From NCBI GenBank assembly GCA_964637625.1, contig CAZWWC010000001.1, forward strand, positions 1,958 through 54,554: a stretch of 52,597 bases of DNA. Reading direction: 5' to 3'. The notes beneath the pieces were generated by a model. That model saw only the letters and a program-made list of their open reading frames with translations. It was not told where the DNA came from and made no database searches. Both the position numbers and the translations under genes were made by a program. Below are positions 26,798-35,652 of the stretch, one piece after another. The stretch is from an uncultured Planctomycetaceae bacterium (GTDB taxonomy: Bacteria; Planctomycetota; Planctomycetia; Pirellulales; Thermoguttaceae). Every line of letters begins with the position of its first letter. Position 1 is the first letter of the stretch.

Positions 26798-27976
26798 ATG
26801 GAATCGCAAGGTAACGGAAACGAACAGATCGAACACGGGAAACCCGTCAGCGTTGTGATAGGGGGTGACGTCTATCCCGGGATGCGAGCCGAAGACTACT
26901 TCCGGCGGGGTGACGCCGAGGTACTCTTCGGGGACCTGTATCCCATGCTGGCGGAAGCTGATCTGAGTATAGTGAACTTGGAGTGTCCACTAGTCGAGTC
27001 TCCCCGTCCGATTCACAAGAGCGGTCCCACCCTGTCAAGCCACCCGGAGAGCGTCCACGGTTTGTGTGCAGCGGGGGTCGACCTTGTCGGGCTGGCGAAC
27101 AACCATGCGCTCGACCATGGAGAAGAAGGATTGGCAAATACCGTGTCGTGTTGTGAGAAGAGCGGATTAGCGACGGTTGGTGCCGGGCCTAATCTCATCG
27201 CCGCGCGACGCCCCTTTTTGCGCACAGTTTGTGGTATTCGAATTGGCGTAGTGGCCATGGCGGACCGAGAATTCTCCATCGCCACCGAGACGTCGTGGGG
27301 CGCCAACCCAATCAGTGTCATAGATTTCGTAAGATTGATGGGGGAGATTCGTGCCGATATCGACTACTTGATTGTCCTACTGCATGGCGGAAACGAGCAT
27401 TATCCATACCCAAGCCCCGGAATGATGGATACTGCGCATTTTCTCGTTGAACAGGGCGCGAACATCGTTATCAATCAACATACCCACTGCCCCGGGTGTG
27501 TTGAGTCATATCGGGGAGGTACTATTGTCTATGGACAAGGTAATTTCATTTTCGATTGCCCGGAAATACCCGATTCATGGCATGAGGGCTTCCTGGTCAA
27601 GATTGAGATCCACAATAATCGTGCGGCAGACGTACAATGGGTGCCATACACTCAATTCAGAGGCCATATCGGGGCACGTTGCATGAAGCCGCAAGCTGAA
27701 AGGGCATTTCTGGCGAAACTGGCGCAGCGGTCTTCCGAGATTCACGATAGCAGACTACTACGGGACCACTGGAACTCGTTCTGCGCCGGGCAAGCGTCCA
27801 AATATCTGAGTCTCTTGCTGGCGCACCATCGGCCCCTGATTCTCCTGAACCGATGGTTTCCGTTTGTGACTCGCGTCTACTCCAGGCGCGCCCTGCTCAC
27901 GGCATGCAACGTCGTTCGTTGCGAGGCCCACCGAGAAGCATTACTTACTGTGCTTGAAAACGATGTCCTGAAGTAA
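26798..27976 (+). CDS. CapA/PgsA-family metallophosphatase-fold protein (cytoplasmic, no TM)
   Basis: The ATG at 26798 follows a GAGGAAG SD; the track start at 26768 is a GTG lying just downstream of the repeat (26752). CapA-like blocks are VVIGGDVYPG, IVNLECPL, LVGLANNHALDHGEEGL, GLATVGAGPN and LIVLLHGGNEHYPYPSP...GANIVINQHTHC. A C-terminal ~100-aa extension is unassigned. Confidence 0.75.
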   Translation: MESQGNGNEQIEHGKPVSVVIGGDVYPGMRAEDYFRRGDAEVLFGDLYPMLAEADLSIVNLECPLVESPRPIHKSGPTLSSHPESVHGLCAAGVDLVGLANNHALDHGEEGLANTVSCCEKSGLATVGAGPNLIAARRPFLRTVCGIRIGVVAMADREFSIATETSWGANPISVIDFVRLMGEIRADIDYLIVLLHGGNEHYPYPSPGMMDTAHFLVEQGANIVINQHTHCPGCVESYRGGTIVYGQGNFIFDCPEIPDSWHEGFLVKIEIHNNRAADVQWVPYTQFRGHIGARCMKPQAERAFLAKLAQRSSEIHDSRLLRDHWNSFCAGQASKYLSLLLAHHRPLILLNRWFPFVTRVYSRRALLTACNVVRCEAHREALLTVLENDVLK

Positions 27977-28048
27977 CGACTGCAAAACGGCCTGGGTCAC
28001 GGGGGCACTTCGTTCGACACCAAGTAGCAAACCGATAGAGACCAAATC

Positions 28049-29416
28049 ATGCATGAGTCTCATAATCTAACCATCAAAGATCGAATCTTTTGGCTTAAGC
28101 AGAAGTGGGCTCGCCCCCGAGCCTACAGGTACTACCAGCAATTGCTAGAAAACCAGTTTCGATCACCGGACGAAATCATGGCGATCAATTGGGAAAAACG
28201 GAAGCGGTTGCTCAAATACGCGTATGAGCAAGTTCCTTTCTATAGAAAACGTTTTCAATCTGTGGGCCTGCTCCCGTCTGACGTGCGCGACATGCATCAC
28301 TGGAACGCCGTTCCCATATTGACAAAAGAGGATCTGGTGAAGCACTTCCATGAGTTGATGTCACCAGATGCAAATGCCTGCGACCGCTACTTGTCTACGA
28401 CTGGTGGTTCAACGGGGGAACCCGTTAAGGTCTATCACGACGCAAGGTATCCTATGGAAACACTGGGGTGGCGCATGTTGCAGTGGTGGGGGCTTTCATT
28501 CGGCAGCGATGTCGGTTATGCACGACGGTTAAGTAAGAAATCAGTGTTTCAACGAATCGTCAATTGCGCTATCTGGTGGCCCACCAAGCGGATTTGGCTC
28601 GATGCGTCGAGCATGACCCCACAGACCATCGTTCAATTCATCGAGGAGTTCAATCAATTGCGTCCCAGCTTGTTACAGGGATACGTGGGAGCAATTACGC
28701 ATTTGGCTGACTACATTGAGACGAATGGGCTGGAAATCGACTCGCCAAAGGCGATTTGGGTTACTTCGACCCCCCTGGCATCGGTGCAACGTGCGATGAT
28801 TGAACGGGTGTTCCGAGCACCCGTCTATGACCAATATGGATGTTGTGAGATCTTCTGGCTGGCGGCGGAATGCGGTGAGCACAAGGGCTTGCATATGTTC
28901 TCTGATGCTCGACATATCGAGTTCGTCGATGAAAATAACCAGATATGTGAAGTAGAAGAAATCGGTCGGATCATTGCCACGGACCTTGAAAACTATGTAT
29001 TTCCGCTGATTCGTTATGAAAATGGCGACGAAGGCTGCCAACTGGCGTCCAAATGCGGATGCGGCGTTCATTTGCCCATGATGGATGCTGTCAAAGGGCG
29101 TATCACGGATACGATCCGACTGCCAGGGGAAACCGTGATTAGTGGCGAGTACTTGACTACCATTTTTGATGAGTTTCCTAACGCCGTTCGCGCCTTTCAG
29201 GTAGTTCAGCAGGCGGATTGGTCACTTCTTCTTCGTGTTGTACCGTGTACCGACAAGGAGTGTTTCAACCTCGCCATAGAAAATGTCAAAAGCGATCTCG
29301 CGCAAAGGACGAACAATAGGGTGCCAATCCGCATTGAATCCGTGCAAGAAATCGTAGGCGACCGAGGGAAGCTACAGTATGTGATTAGCCGTGCAAAGGG
29401 AAATCCGCCAGAATGA
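28049..29416 (+). CDS. PaaK/coenzyme-F390-synthetase-like adenylate-forming ligase (CapK-type), paralogue 1
   Basis: N-terminal block: RKRLLKYAYEQVPFYRKRFQSVGLLPSDVRDMHHWNAVPILTKEDL. The nucleotide loop is STTGGSTGEP and the C-terminal Lys sits in DRGKLQYV. Confidence 0.8.
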   Translation: MHESHNLTIKDRIFWLKQKWARPRAYRYYQQLLENQFRSPDEIMAINWEKRKRLLKYAYEQVPFYRKRFQSVGLLPSDVRDMHHWNAVPILTKEDLVKHFHELMSPDANACDRYLSTTGGSTGEPVKVYHDARYPMETLGWRMLQWWGLSFGSDVGYARRLSKKSVFQRIVNCAIWWPTKRIWLDASSMTPQTIVQFIEEFNQLRPSLLQGYVGAITHLADYIETNGLEIDSPKAIWVTSTPLASVQRAMIERVFRAPVYDQYGCCEIFWLAAECGEHKGLHMFSDARHIEFVDENNQICEVEEIGRIIATDLENYVFPLIRYENGDEGCQLASKCGCGVHLPMMDAVKGRITDTIRLPGETVISGEYLTTIFDEFPNAVRAFQVVQQADWSLLLRVVPCTDKECFNLAIENVKSDLAQRTNNRVPIRIESVQEIVGDRGKLQYVISRAKGNPPE

Positions 29417-29550
29417 GTCACCGGCCTGTCTTCTTGCTGGCAGTGGCTTGTGACGAGGTTCGCGGAGTTGTGCGGTCGCCAGGAATTCGGCTGACATGTT
29501 GGCCTGACGGAAACTATGGCTCTCAATGTCAAGCAGGAAGGGTGGTAAGG

Positions 29551-30732
29551 ATGGAGGGTCGCTTTCACCACGATGGGCCGCTTCGCATTGCGGTCATTGC
29601 ACATGCGCTGCGCGCCGGTGGAGGCCTGTCGGCAGGTCAAAGTCTGATTGCCTCGCTCTCATCCGTTATGCCCGCGCATACCTATCTTTTTGTCATGCCC
29701 GAGCTTGACGAATATCGATCGATTCCCATTGACTCCGCAAAACATCAAACGGTTTTCTATCGCCGCCGCGGTGGGCACGTTGGACGCCATTTGTTCGATA
29801 TGTTTCGGCTACCTAAGATCGTCCGGCAATTCGAACCGGACGTGATACTGGCCTTGGGAAACAGAGGTATTTGCAGGCCGCCGTGCACGCAAGCCGTTCT
29901 TTGTCGAGACGCGCATTTGTTCTACCCGTTTCGACATTTCGGCAGGGAACTGCTAAGGGTGAAAGCGATGGCGGTTTACCACAAGTGGCTGCTGAAAAGA
30001 GAGCTTCGTCACACGCAATTACTCTTTTGCCAGACCGAGGTCGCCCGCAAGCGTCTGAAAGACACTTTTGATTATTCGGGGAGGGTGGCCGTTTGTGGAA
30101 ACGCCGTTTCGCTCGAAACTTTTCAGGTCGCCGCATGCGACATACCCAGTCCCCTTGCCGGCCTGCAAGACAAGATGAAACTGTTCTGTCTTGCCAGGTA
30201 CTACCCACAAAAGAATCTTGAGACCATTGTGGAGATGTTTGAGCGGTTTGGCGACGAGTTGGACGATGTGGTCGTGATGATCACGATCGCCGCCGATCAG
30301 CATCCCAGAGCGGGCAGGCTCCTGGCAAGAATCCAACGTGCGGGCCTGGGCGATCGGATCATCAACGTTGGCGTGTTGTCCCAGAAGGAAATCGCCGCTT
30401 ACTATCGCCATTGCCAGGCATTGCTTCTCCCCACGCTTCTCGAGTCCTTCACCAGAACCTATTTAGAGGCAATGCATTTCGGCATGCCCATCGTCACCAG
30501 TGATTTGGACTTTGCCCATGAAATATGTGGCGACGCTGCAGTCTATTTCGACCCCTGGAACGCGGAGGCAATGAAGAGTACAATTGTAAGATTGAAAAAC
30601 AGCCCGGAATTGGGGCAAGATCTTCTTTCGAAAGGTACCGTGCGACTGCAATCTCATTTTCTGTCTTGGGATCGAATAGCACAAAGCATGCTTGCGAATC
30701 TGCATGAGATTGTCCCAGCAAACAGTCCGTAG
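29551..30732 (+). CDS. Glycosyltransferase, GT4 (group 1)
   Basis: I prefer the ATG at 29551 (an AGGAAGG...AAGG purine run lies upstream), giving MEGRFHHDGPLRIAVIAHALRAGGG. The alternative is the ATG at 29413, which overlaps the previous stop. EX7E motif: LLPTLLESFTRTYLEAMHFGMPIVTSD. Confidence 0.75.
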   Translation: MEGRFHHDGPLRIAVIAHALRAGGGLSAGQSLIASLSSVMPAHTYLFVMPELDEYRSIPIDSAKHQTVFYRRRGGHVGRHLFDMFRLPKIVRQFEPDVILALGNRGICRPPCTQAVLCRDAHLFYPFRHFGRELLRVKAMAVYHKWLLKRELRHTQLLFCQTEVARKRLKDTFDYSGRVAVCGNAVSLETFQVAACDIPSPLAGLQDKMKLFCLARYYPQKNLETIVEMFERFGDELDDVVVMITIAADQHPRAGRLLARIQRAGLGDRIINVGVLSQKEIAAYYRHCQALLLPTLLESFTRTYLEAMHFGMPIVTSDLDFAHEICGDAAVYFDPWNAEAMKSTIVRLKNSPELGQDLLSKGTVRLQSHFLSWDRIAQSMLANLHEIVPANSP

Positions 30733-30822
30733 CCTCTCTTCTATTCCATCGCAACGAAAGGTTCAACCTGCCGGCCGATATCCCGCACTCATGGATATCC
30801 TTATCGTTGTAGGCTCAATCCG

Positions 30823-32361
30823 ATGAAGCAGAATGAGCGTAAAGTCGTACTTGCTGAAATGGAACGCAGAGTCCGCCTCGTTACAGGTGTCCGTGGCTAT
30901 CCCGAGCATGTTCCCTATGGGCCGGGAGTCGACTATCCCGAGCTTGCCGACTGCGCCTGGGCTCAAAAAGTGCCCGGCGACAACGAGACTTATGACGGCG
31001 TTCGCCGCATTCTCCAGGGAATGGGCCTGGACGAGGAACGTCTCGGGACCTCGCAGTGGAATCCCTTGAGTGACCTCGTGCCGCCGGGGGGACGCGTTAC
31101 TGTGAAGCCCAACATGGTGCGGCATTGGAACGAAAACAAAGACGACAGTTGGCAAACCGTGGTGACCCATTGGGCCGTCGTGCGACCGCTCGTTGACTAC
31201 GCGCTGCTGGCCGTGGGGCCGGGCGGACATGTTACCGTCGGAGACGCCCCGCACTGGGACTGTAACATGAACATCCTTGAAAGGCTGATCGATATTCCCG
31301 CCTTCCGCAAACACTATGATCAGACCGCGCCGGGACACGTGGATTTCATCGACTTCCGACCGGAATACTTCGCGGCTTCGGGCGTATCGAAATGCCAGCC
31401 GCGGCCCTTGCCCGGCGACCCTGAAGGCTATACCCTCGTGGATCTGAAAAACAACAGCATGTTTGCGGATCCTTGTCTGAATCCTAAACTATTCTATGGC
31501 GTGGGTTATGACAATCGGGCAACAGTACGCGCACACTCTCATGGCCGTCATCAGTATCGGATCGCCGGGTCCGCGCTCGACTGCGACCTTTTCATCAACG
31601 TCCCCAAGCTGAAAACCCATCACCTTCTCGGCATCACGACGGCCATGAAGAACCTTGTGGGCATCAACGGAGACAAGAATTACCTGCCCCATTTCCGTAT
31701 AGGTTTTACCAATAAGGGAGGAGACCAGTATCCGCGCCGCACACTGAATCTCCTGTTGCGCTACTGGATAAACCGACATGCCATGCCGATACTGGCCCGG
31801 AGCTATCTGTTGACGAAGATTTGGGGTAGACTACTGGGTCTGTTTCACATGATGGGAGGCAAGAATCCTTACGCCGGTGGTGGATGGATAGGAAATGATA
31901 CGGTCTGGAGGATGACACTCGATCTGAATCGCATTCTCCTGTACGCCCGGAAGGATGGAACGCTTGACCCCGATCAGAAGGCAAGACAATACTTGACCGT
32001 CGTGGACGGCATCGTTGCGGGAGAGGGGGAAGGACCGATGAACGTACAGTCGCGCCGGGCCGGCGTGCTTCTCGGCGCGGGGAATCCTCTTGCCTGTGAT
32101 TTGACGGCCTTGCGAATCATGGGGTTTGATCCGCAGCGCGCGAAGCTGATCTCCGAAGGTTTGAGAGACCATCCACTGCCCATAAGCCGCATAAGAAAAC
32201 CCGAAGAAATCGACCTGGCAACCTGTGCAACAGGCCGTTCGCCTCAATGGGATACCACACACTGGGATGACTTGCCCGACTATCATTTCATTCCGCCCAC
32301 CGGCTGGGAAGACATGGTGAGCAGCAAGAGGAATCGGACCGGGAGAGCGCCTCATGCGTAA
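30823..32361 (+). CDS. DUF362 domain protein
   Basis: GRVTVKPNMV, VVTHWAVVRPLVDYAL, VTVGDAP and NVPKLKTHHLLGITTAMKNLVGI match my memory of the DUF362 signature. No cysteine cluster is obvious. Confidence 0.7.
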   Translation: MKQNERKVVLAEMERRVRLVTGVRGYPEHVPYGPGVDYPELADCAWAQKVPGDNETYDGVRRILQGMGLDEERLGTSQWNPLSDLVPPGGRVTVKPNMVRHWNENKDDSWQTVVTHWAVVRPLVDYALLAVGPGGHVTVGDAPHWDCNMNILERLIDIPAFRKHYDQTAPGHVDFIDFRPEYFAASGVSKCQPRPLPGDPEGYTLVDLKNNSMFADPCLNPKLFYGVGYDNRATVRAHSHGRHQYRIAGSALDCDLFINVPKLKTHHLLGITTAMKNLVGINGDKNYLPHFRIGFTNKGGDQYPRRTLNLLLRYWINRHAMPILARSYLLTKIWGRLLGLFHMMGGKNPYAGGGWIGNDTVWRMTLDLNRILLYARKDGTLDPDQKARQYLTVVDGIVAGEGEGPMNVQSRRAGVLLGAGNPLACDLTALRIMGFDPQRAKLISEGLRDHPLPISRIRKPEEIDLATCATGRSPQWDTTHWDDLPDYHFIPPTGWEDMVSSKRNRTGRAPHA

Positions 32362-33685
32362 ATTGATTCTCTCTTTGGCTGATCGGTGGTATGGCTTCAC
32401 GCCCTACTTCGTTCTGTCGGCTTTGGAAGAATCCCAATTCTGGCCGTGTGAACGTCTGGAGCAATTGCAGCTTGAGCATTTGCGGAAACTGCTCATCCAT
32501 GCGAGTGTTCATGTACCTTTCTATCGCGATCTCTTCAAGAAGACGGCGTTCGATCCTCATGGGGTTCGCTGCCTCGAGGATATCCAATGTCTTCCCATCC
32601 TGGGAAAACGGGAGATCATGGCCGAGAGGGATCGCTTCCTCTCCGACGTCGCTCCAAGGCCCAGGGTCTGGCTGAAAACAACCGGCACTACGGGGAACCC
32701 CTTCGGCTTCGTCCGAACGCGTTTGGCGCAGAGCTATAAGATCGCCAGCCGCGTTCGTTTCAGACGTTGGTATGGGATCGAGCGCACCGACTCCTTGTTG
32801 AACGTCGGCGGAATCCCCTCGTACCATTCCAGTCTCAAGGAGAAGGTCTTTAACGCGATCCACTTCTATGCAACCAATCGCATTAACGTTTTCTCCTCCG
32901 ACCTCGAAGGGCCGGAACCGGAGTTCGCCGCGCGCCTCATCGAGGAATATCGTCTCAAAGCGGTCATGGGCTATCCCAGCGGCATCGCCGCGCTGGCCAA
33001 GTATCTTGCCGAGAGACGTCCCTTGACCCATCATCCCAAGGCCATCTTCACGAATTGCGAGACACTGACGGAACTGATGCGTCGTCAGATTCGCGAGGGT
33101 TTTGGCATCGAGCCTCGCAACGACTATATTGCCACCGAAGGGGCAATTGCCCATGAATGTCCCGAGGGCGGACTCCACGTGAACATGGAGGAGACCTTGG
33201 TGGAACTCGTGCCCACGGCGAGCACGGAAGACGGCACGGGGGAGGTGATCACCACTTTCTTGCACACCTTTGATTTCCCCTTGATACGTTACCGCTTGGG
33301 AGATATTGCCGGTTGGACGAACAAGCCGTGTCCTTGTGGCCGAGGCCTCGTGACCATCAACAACTTGTTTGGGCGCTTTGCTGATGGTATTGTATTTCCC
33401 GATGGAAGGGTTTTCACCGCCGCCAACCTGAATATGCGCATTGCGCATTTCCCCTTTATTGATCGTATTAGGCAATACCAGATCGCCCAACAAAGCGCGA
33501 ACGTTGTGGAGCTTCGCATCCTGAATACCCCGGACACCGACAGCGAGTCCGTAGTAGAGTTTCAAAAGGCGCTGAGCCGACTGTTTGTTGACCTGCGCGT
33601 CGAGGTTAAGCGCCTGGATGAACTCCCGCGAGAACCCACGGGCAAATTCCGCCCGATCATCGGGTTGAAAGAAGGAGTGGGCTAA
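32354..33685 (+). CDS. PaaK/coenzyme-F390-synthetase-like adenylate-forming ligase, paralogue 2
   Basis: The start overlaps the DUF362 stop by 8 nt (ATGCGTAA). Blocks are LQLEHLRKLLIHASVHVPFYRDLFKK...LEDIQCLPILGKREI, the loop KTTGTTGNPF and the C-terminal Lys in EPTGKFRPI. Confidence 0.8.
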   Translation: MRKLILSLADRWYGFTPYFVLSALEESQFWPCERLEQLQLEHLRKLLIHASVHVPFYRDLFKKTAFDPHGVRCLEDIQCLPILGKREIMAERDRFLSDVAPRPRVWLKTTGTTGNPFGFVRTRLAQSYKIASRVRFRRWYGIERTDSLLNVGGIPSYHSSLKEKVFNAIHFYATNRINVFSSDLEGPEPEFAARLIEEYRLKAVMGYPSGIAALAKYLAERRPLTHHPKAIFTNCETLTELMRRQIREGFGIEPRNDYIATEGAIAHECPEGGLHVNMEETLVELVPTASTEDGTGEVITTFLHTFDFPLIRYRLGDIAGWTNKPCPCGRGLVTINNLFGRFADGIVFPDGRVFTAANLNMRIAHFPFIDRIRQYQIAQQSANVVELRILNTPDTDSESVVEFQKALSRLFVDLRVEVKRLDELPREPTGKFRPIIGLKEGVG

Positions 33686-35091
33686 TGCCGGACTCGCTAG
33701 CCGAACGCATCTATTACCGGCTTCCGTGCTGGACGCAGAACCTGCTGCTTACCTGCCACGGTTTCCACATCCGACACACTCGCTACAACAAGCACTTCTA
33801 TCGGCGTCTTCACGAGCTTCGACAAAGCGAATGGTGGGCGCAAGAGAAAATCCGCGACTATCAGAACAAGAAGCTCCGCACGCTGTTGAAACACGCCAAC
33901 GAAACGGTTCCCTTTTATCGTGAATGGTTCGGCGATCACGGCGTGCGGATTGAGAACATCAAGACCATCGAAGACCTGGCGGCCCTGCCCATCCTCACCA
34001 AACCAGTCGTGCGCGAGAACCAGGAACGAATGGTCTCTTCGCAATTCCATAAGCGACGTCTGCTGAAGGTTCTTACCAGCGGAACGACGGGAACGCCTCT
34101 CGAAATCGCAATCACCAAAGAAGCCCTCGCTTTCCAATGGGCCGTCTGGTGGCGACATCGAGCACGTTTCGGGCTTCATGTCAACAACCGGTTCCTCATG
34201 TTCGGGGCCAGGGTGCCAGTCTCCCAGAACCAGCAGAATCCGCCGTTCTGGCGACGCGACTTTGCGAACCACCGAACCTATCTCAGCACCTATCATCTGA
34301 CCAAGAACAACATGACCGCCGTCGTCGATTATCTCAACTCGACACATTTCGATTTCTTCGCCGGGTACCCTAGCGCGATGTTGGTGTTGGCCAATCATAT
34401 TCTCGATACCGGCCAGCAACTCACCAACCGCCCCAAAATGGTGATCGCCGGATCCGACACCCTTTACCCCGGATTTCAGTCGCGAATTTGCCAGGCCTTT
34501 GGGGCTCCCATCAGCGAGCAATACGGCATGGTCGAATTCGCCGGCAACCTCTCCAAATGCGACCGGGGATGCTTTCACGTCGACTTCGAGTGCTGCCACG
34601 TGGAAACGCAACCGATTGACGACGATCAGGGATTCGTCGAGCTCCTGCTCACCGGTTGGGGAAACCCGGCCATGCCCTTCATCCGCTACCGAATCGGAGA
34701 TTTCGCAAAACCCAGCGACGGCCCGTGCTCCTGTGGACGTCATTCGGAATGTCTCGATTCCATCGATGGGCGCAGCGAGGATTACATCGTAACGCCCGAC
34801 GGCCGAATGATCATGGGAATGAACCAGGTTTTCGAGTACGCAAGCGGAGCCGATGAAATCCAAATCCACCAGAAGGAAGCCCATTCCATTGAGGTCCGCA
34901 TTGTCCCAGGGCCGGCATTTGGCGACGCCGACAAAGCAGCCTTGACCAGAGAACTCCGTCGGCGAATTGGAGATAACATGAATATCGAGTTCATTCTCGT
35001 GGACTCCATCCCCAGGACGAGTTCTGGCAAGTTCAAAGCGGTTGTTTCGGACGTTGAAATAGCCAAGTGGAGGAATTGTCACCTTCGTTAG
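33685..35091 (+). CDS. PaaK/coenzyme-F390-synthetase-like adenylate-forming ligase, paralogue 3
   Basis: The start shares one nt with the previous stop (TAATG). Blocks are YQNKKLRTLLKHANETVPFYREWFGDHGV...IEDLAALPILTKPVV, the loop LTSGTTGTPL and the C-terminal Lys in TSSGKFKAV. Confidence 0.8.
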   Translation: MPDSLAERIYYRLPCWTQNLLLTCHGFHIRHTRYNKHFYRRLHELRQSEWWAQEKIRDYQNKKLRTLLKHANETVPFYREWFGDHGVRIENIKTIEDLAALPILTKPVVRENQERMVSSQFHKRRLLKVLTSGTTGTPLEIAITKEALAFQWAVWWRHRARFGLHVNNRFLMFGARVPVSQNQQNPPFWRRDFANHRTYLSTYHLTKNNMTAVVDYLNSTHFDFFAGYPSAMLVLANHILDTGQQLTNRPKMVIAGSDTLYPGFQSRICQAFGAPISEQYGMVEFAGNLSKCDRGCFHVDFECCHVETQPIDDDQGFVELLLTGWGNPAMPFIRYRIGDFAKPSDGPCSCGRHSECLDSIDGRSEDYIVTPDGRMIMGMNQVFEYASGADEIQIHQKEAHSIEVRIVPGPAFGDADKAALTRELRRRIGDNMNIEFILVDSIPRTSSGKFKAVVSDVEIAKWRNCHLR

Positions 35092-35310
35092 CACGAATGG
35101 TTCATCCTCGGATGTGACTACTCCGTGTTGCGACATTAAGAACTGAAGAATTGCACATTGCCGTGAGTATCTTGGAGAACCCAAAGACGCGCAGAGGATT
35201 CGTGATTCGCAGGTTGTGGTATCGCCACTTCAGAAATCAGTCTCGGAAGAAGAACAGGGACGCAGGGTGATGAACAGAGTACACGTTACGTCTGTCTCCA
35301 GTTATGACAA

Positions 35311-35428
35311 GAGGACATTTCAAAACCGGTGCTCTGATTGTTGTCATTCTGAGCGCAGCGAAGAATCTCGGCTTTCGCGGAGGGCAGATCCTTCGCTTCG
35401 CTCAGGATGACCGTTTTGAAATGCCCTC
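35311..35428. repeat. Nested-palindrome MITE-like repeat, copy C (subfamily 2, inverted relative to B)
   Basis: gaggacatttcaaaaccggtgctctgattgttgtcattctgagcgcagcgaagaatctcggctttcgcggagggcagatccttcgcttcgctcaggatgaccgttttgaaatgccctc. This equals the reverse complement of copy B except for one base next to the central loop. Confidence 0.9.
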
Positions 35429-35652
35429 AAGATTGATGAAATCCGTCATGTTGTCGAGTCAGCTTGTGGACTGGACTCGGAAATCGCTTCCCGTCTGGCA
35501 ACGATCCCGCGCGTTTCGTGCCGGTCTAGGCGGCACACTGTGTGAGGAGACAACCTTGACCATGACTCAACGCATACCTTCATAACCCCTGGTATAAGAG
35601 CCGGGGCAGGTCACAAGCGCCTAGGGTATCCCCTGGCACACAGAGACGTTTT

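Noticed and set aside
33697-35184. A 495-aa minus-strand ORF covering the whole third ligase gene.
   Set aside because: The + strand frame has clear PaaK/F390-synthetase motifs (TSGTTG loop, C-terminal GK). The antisense translation is Arg/Gly/Val-rich with no motif. It is a typical shadow ORF.
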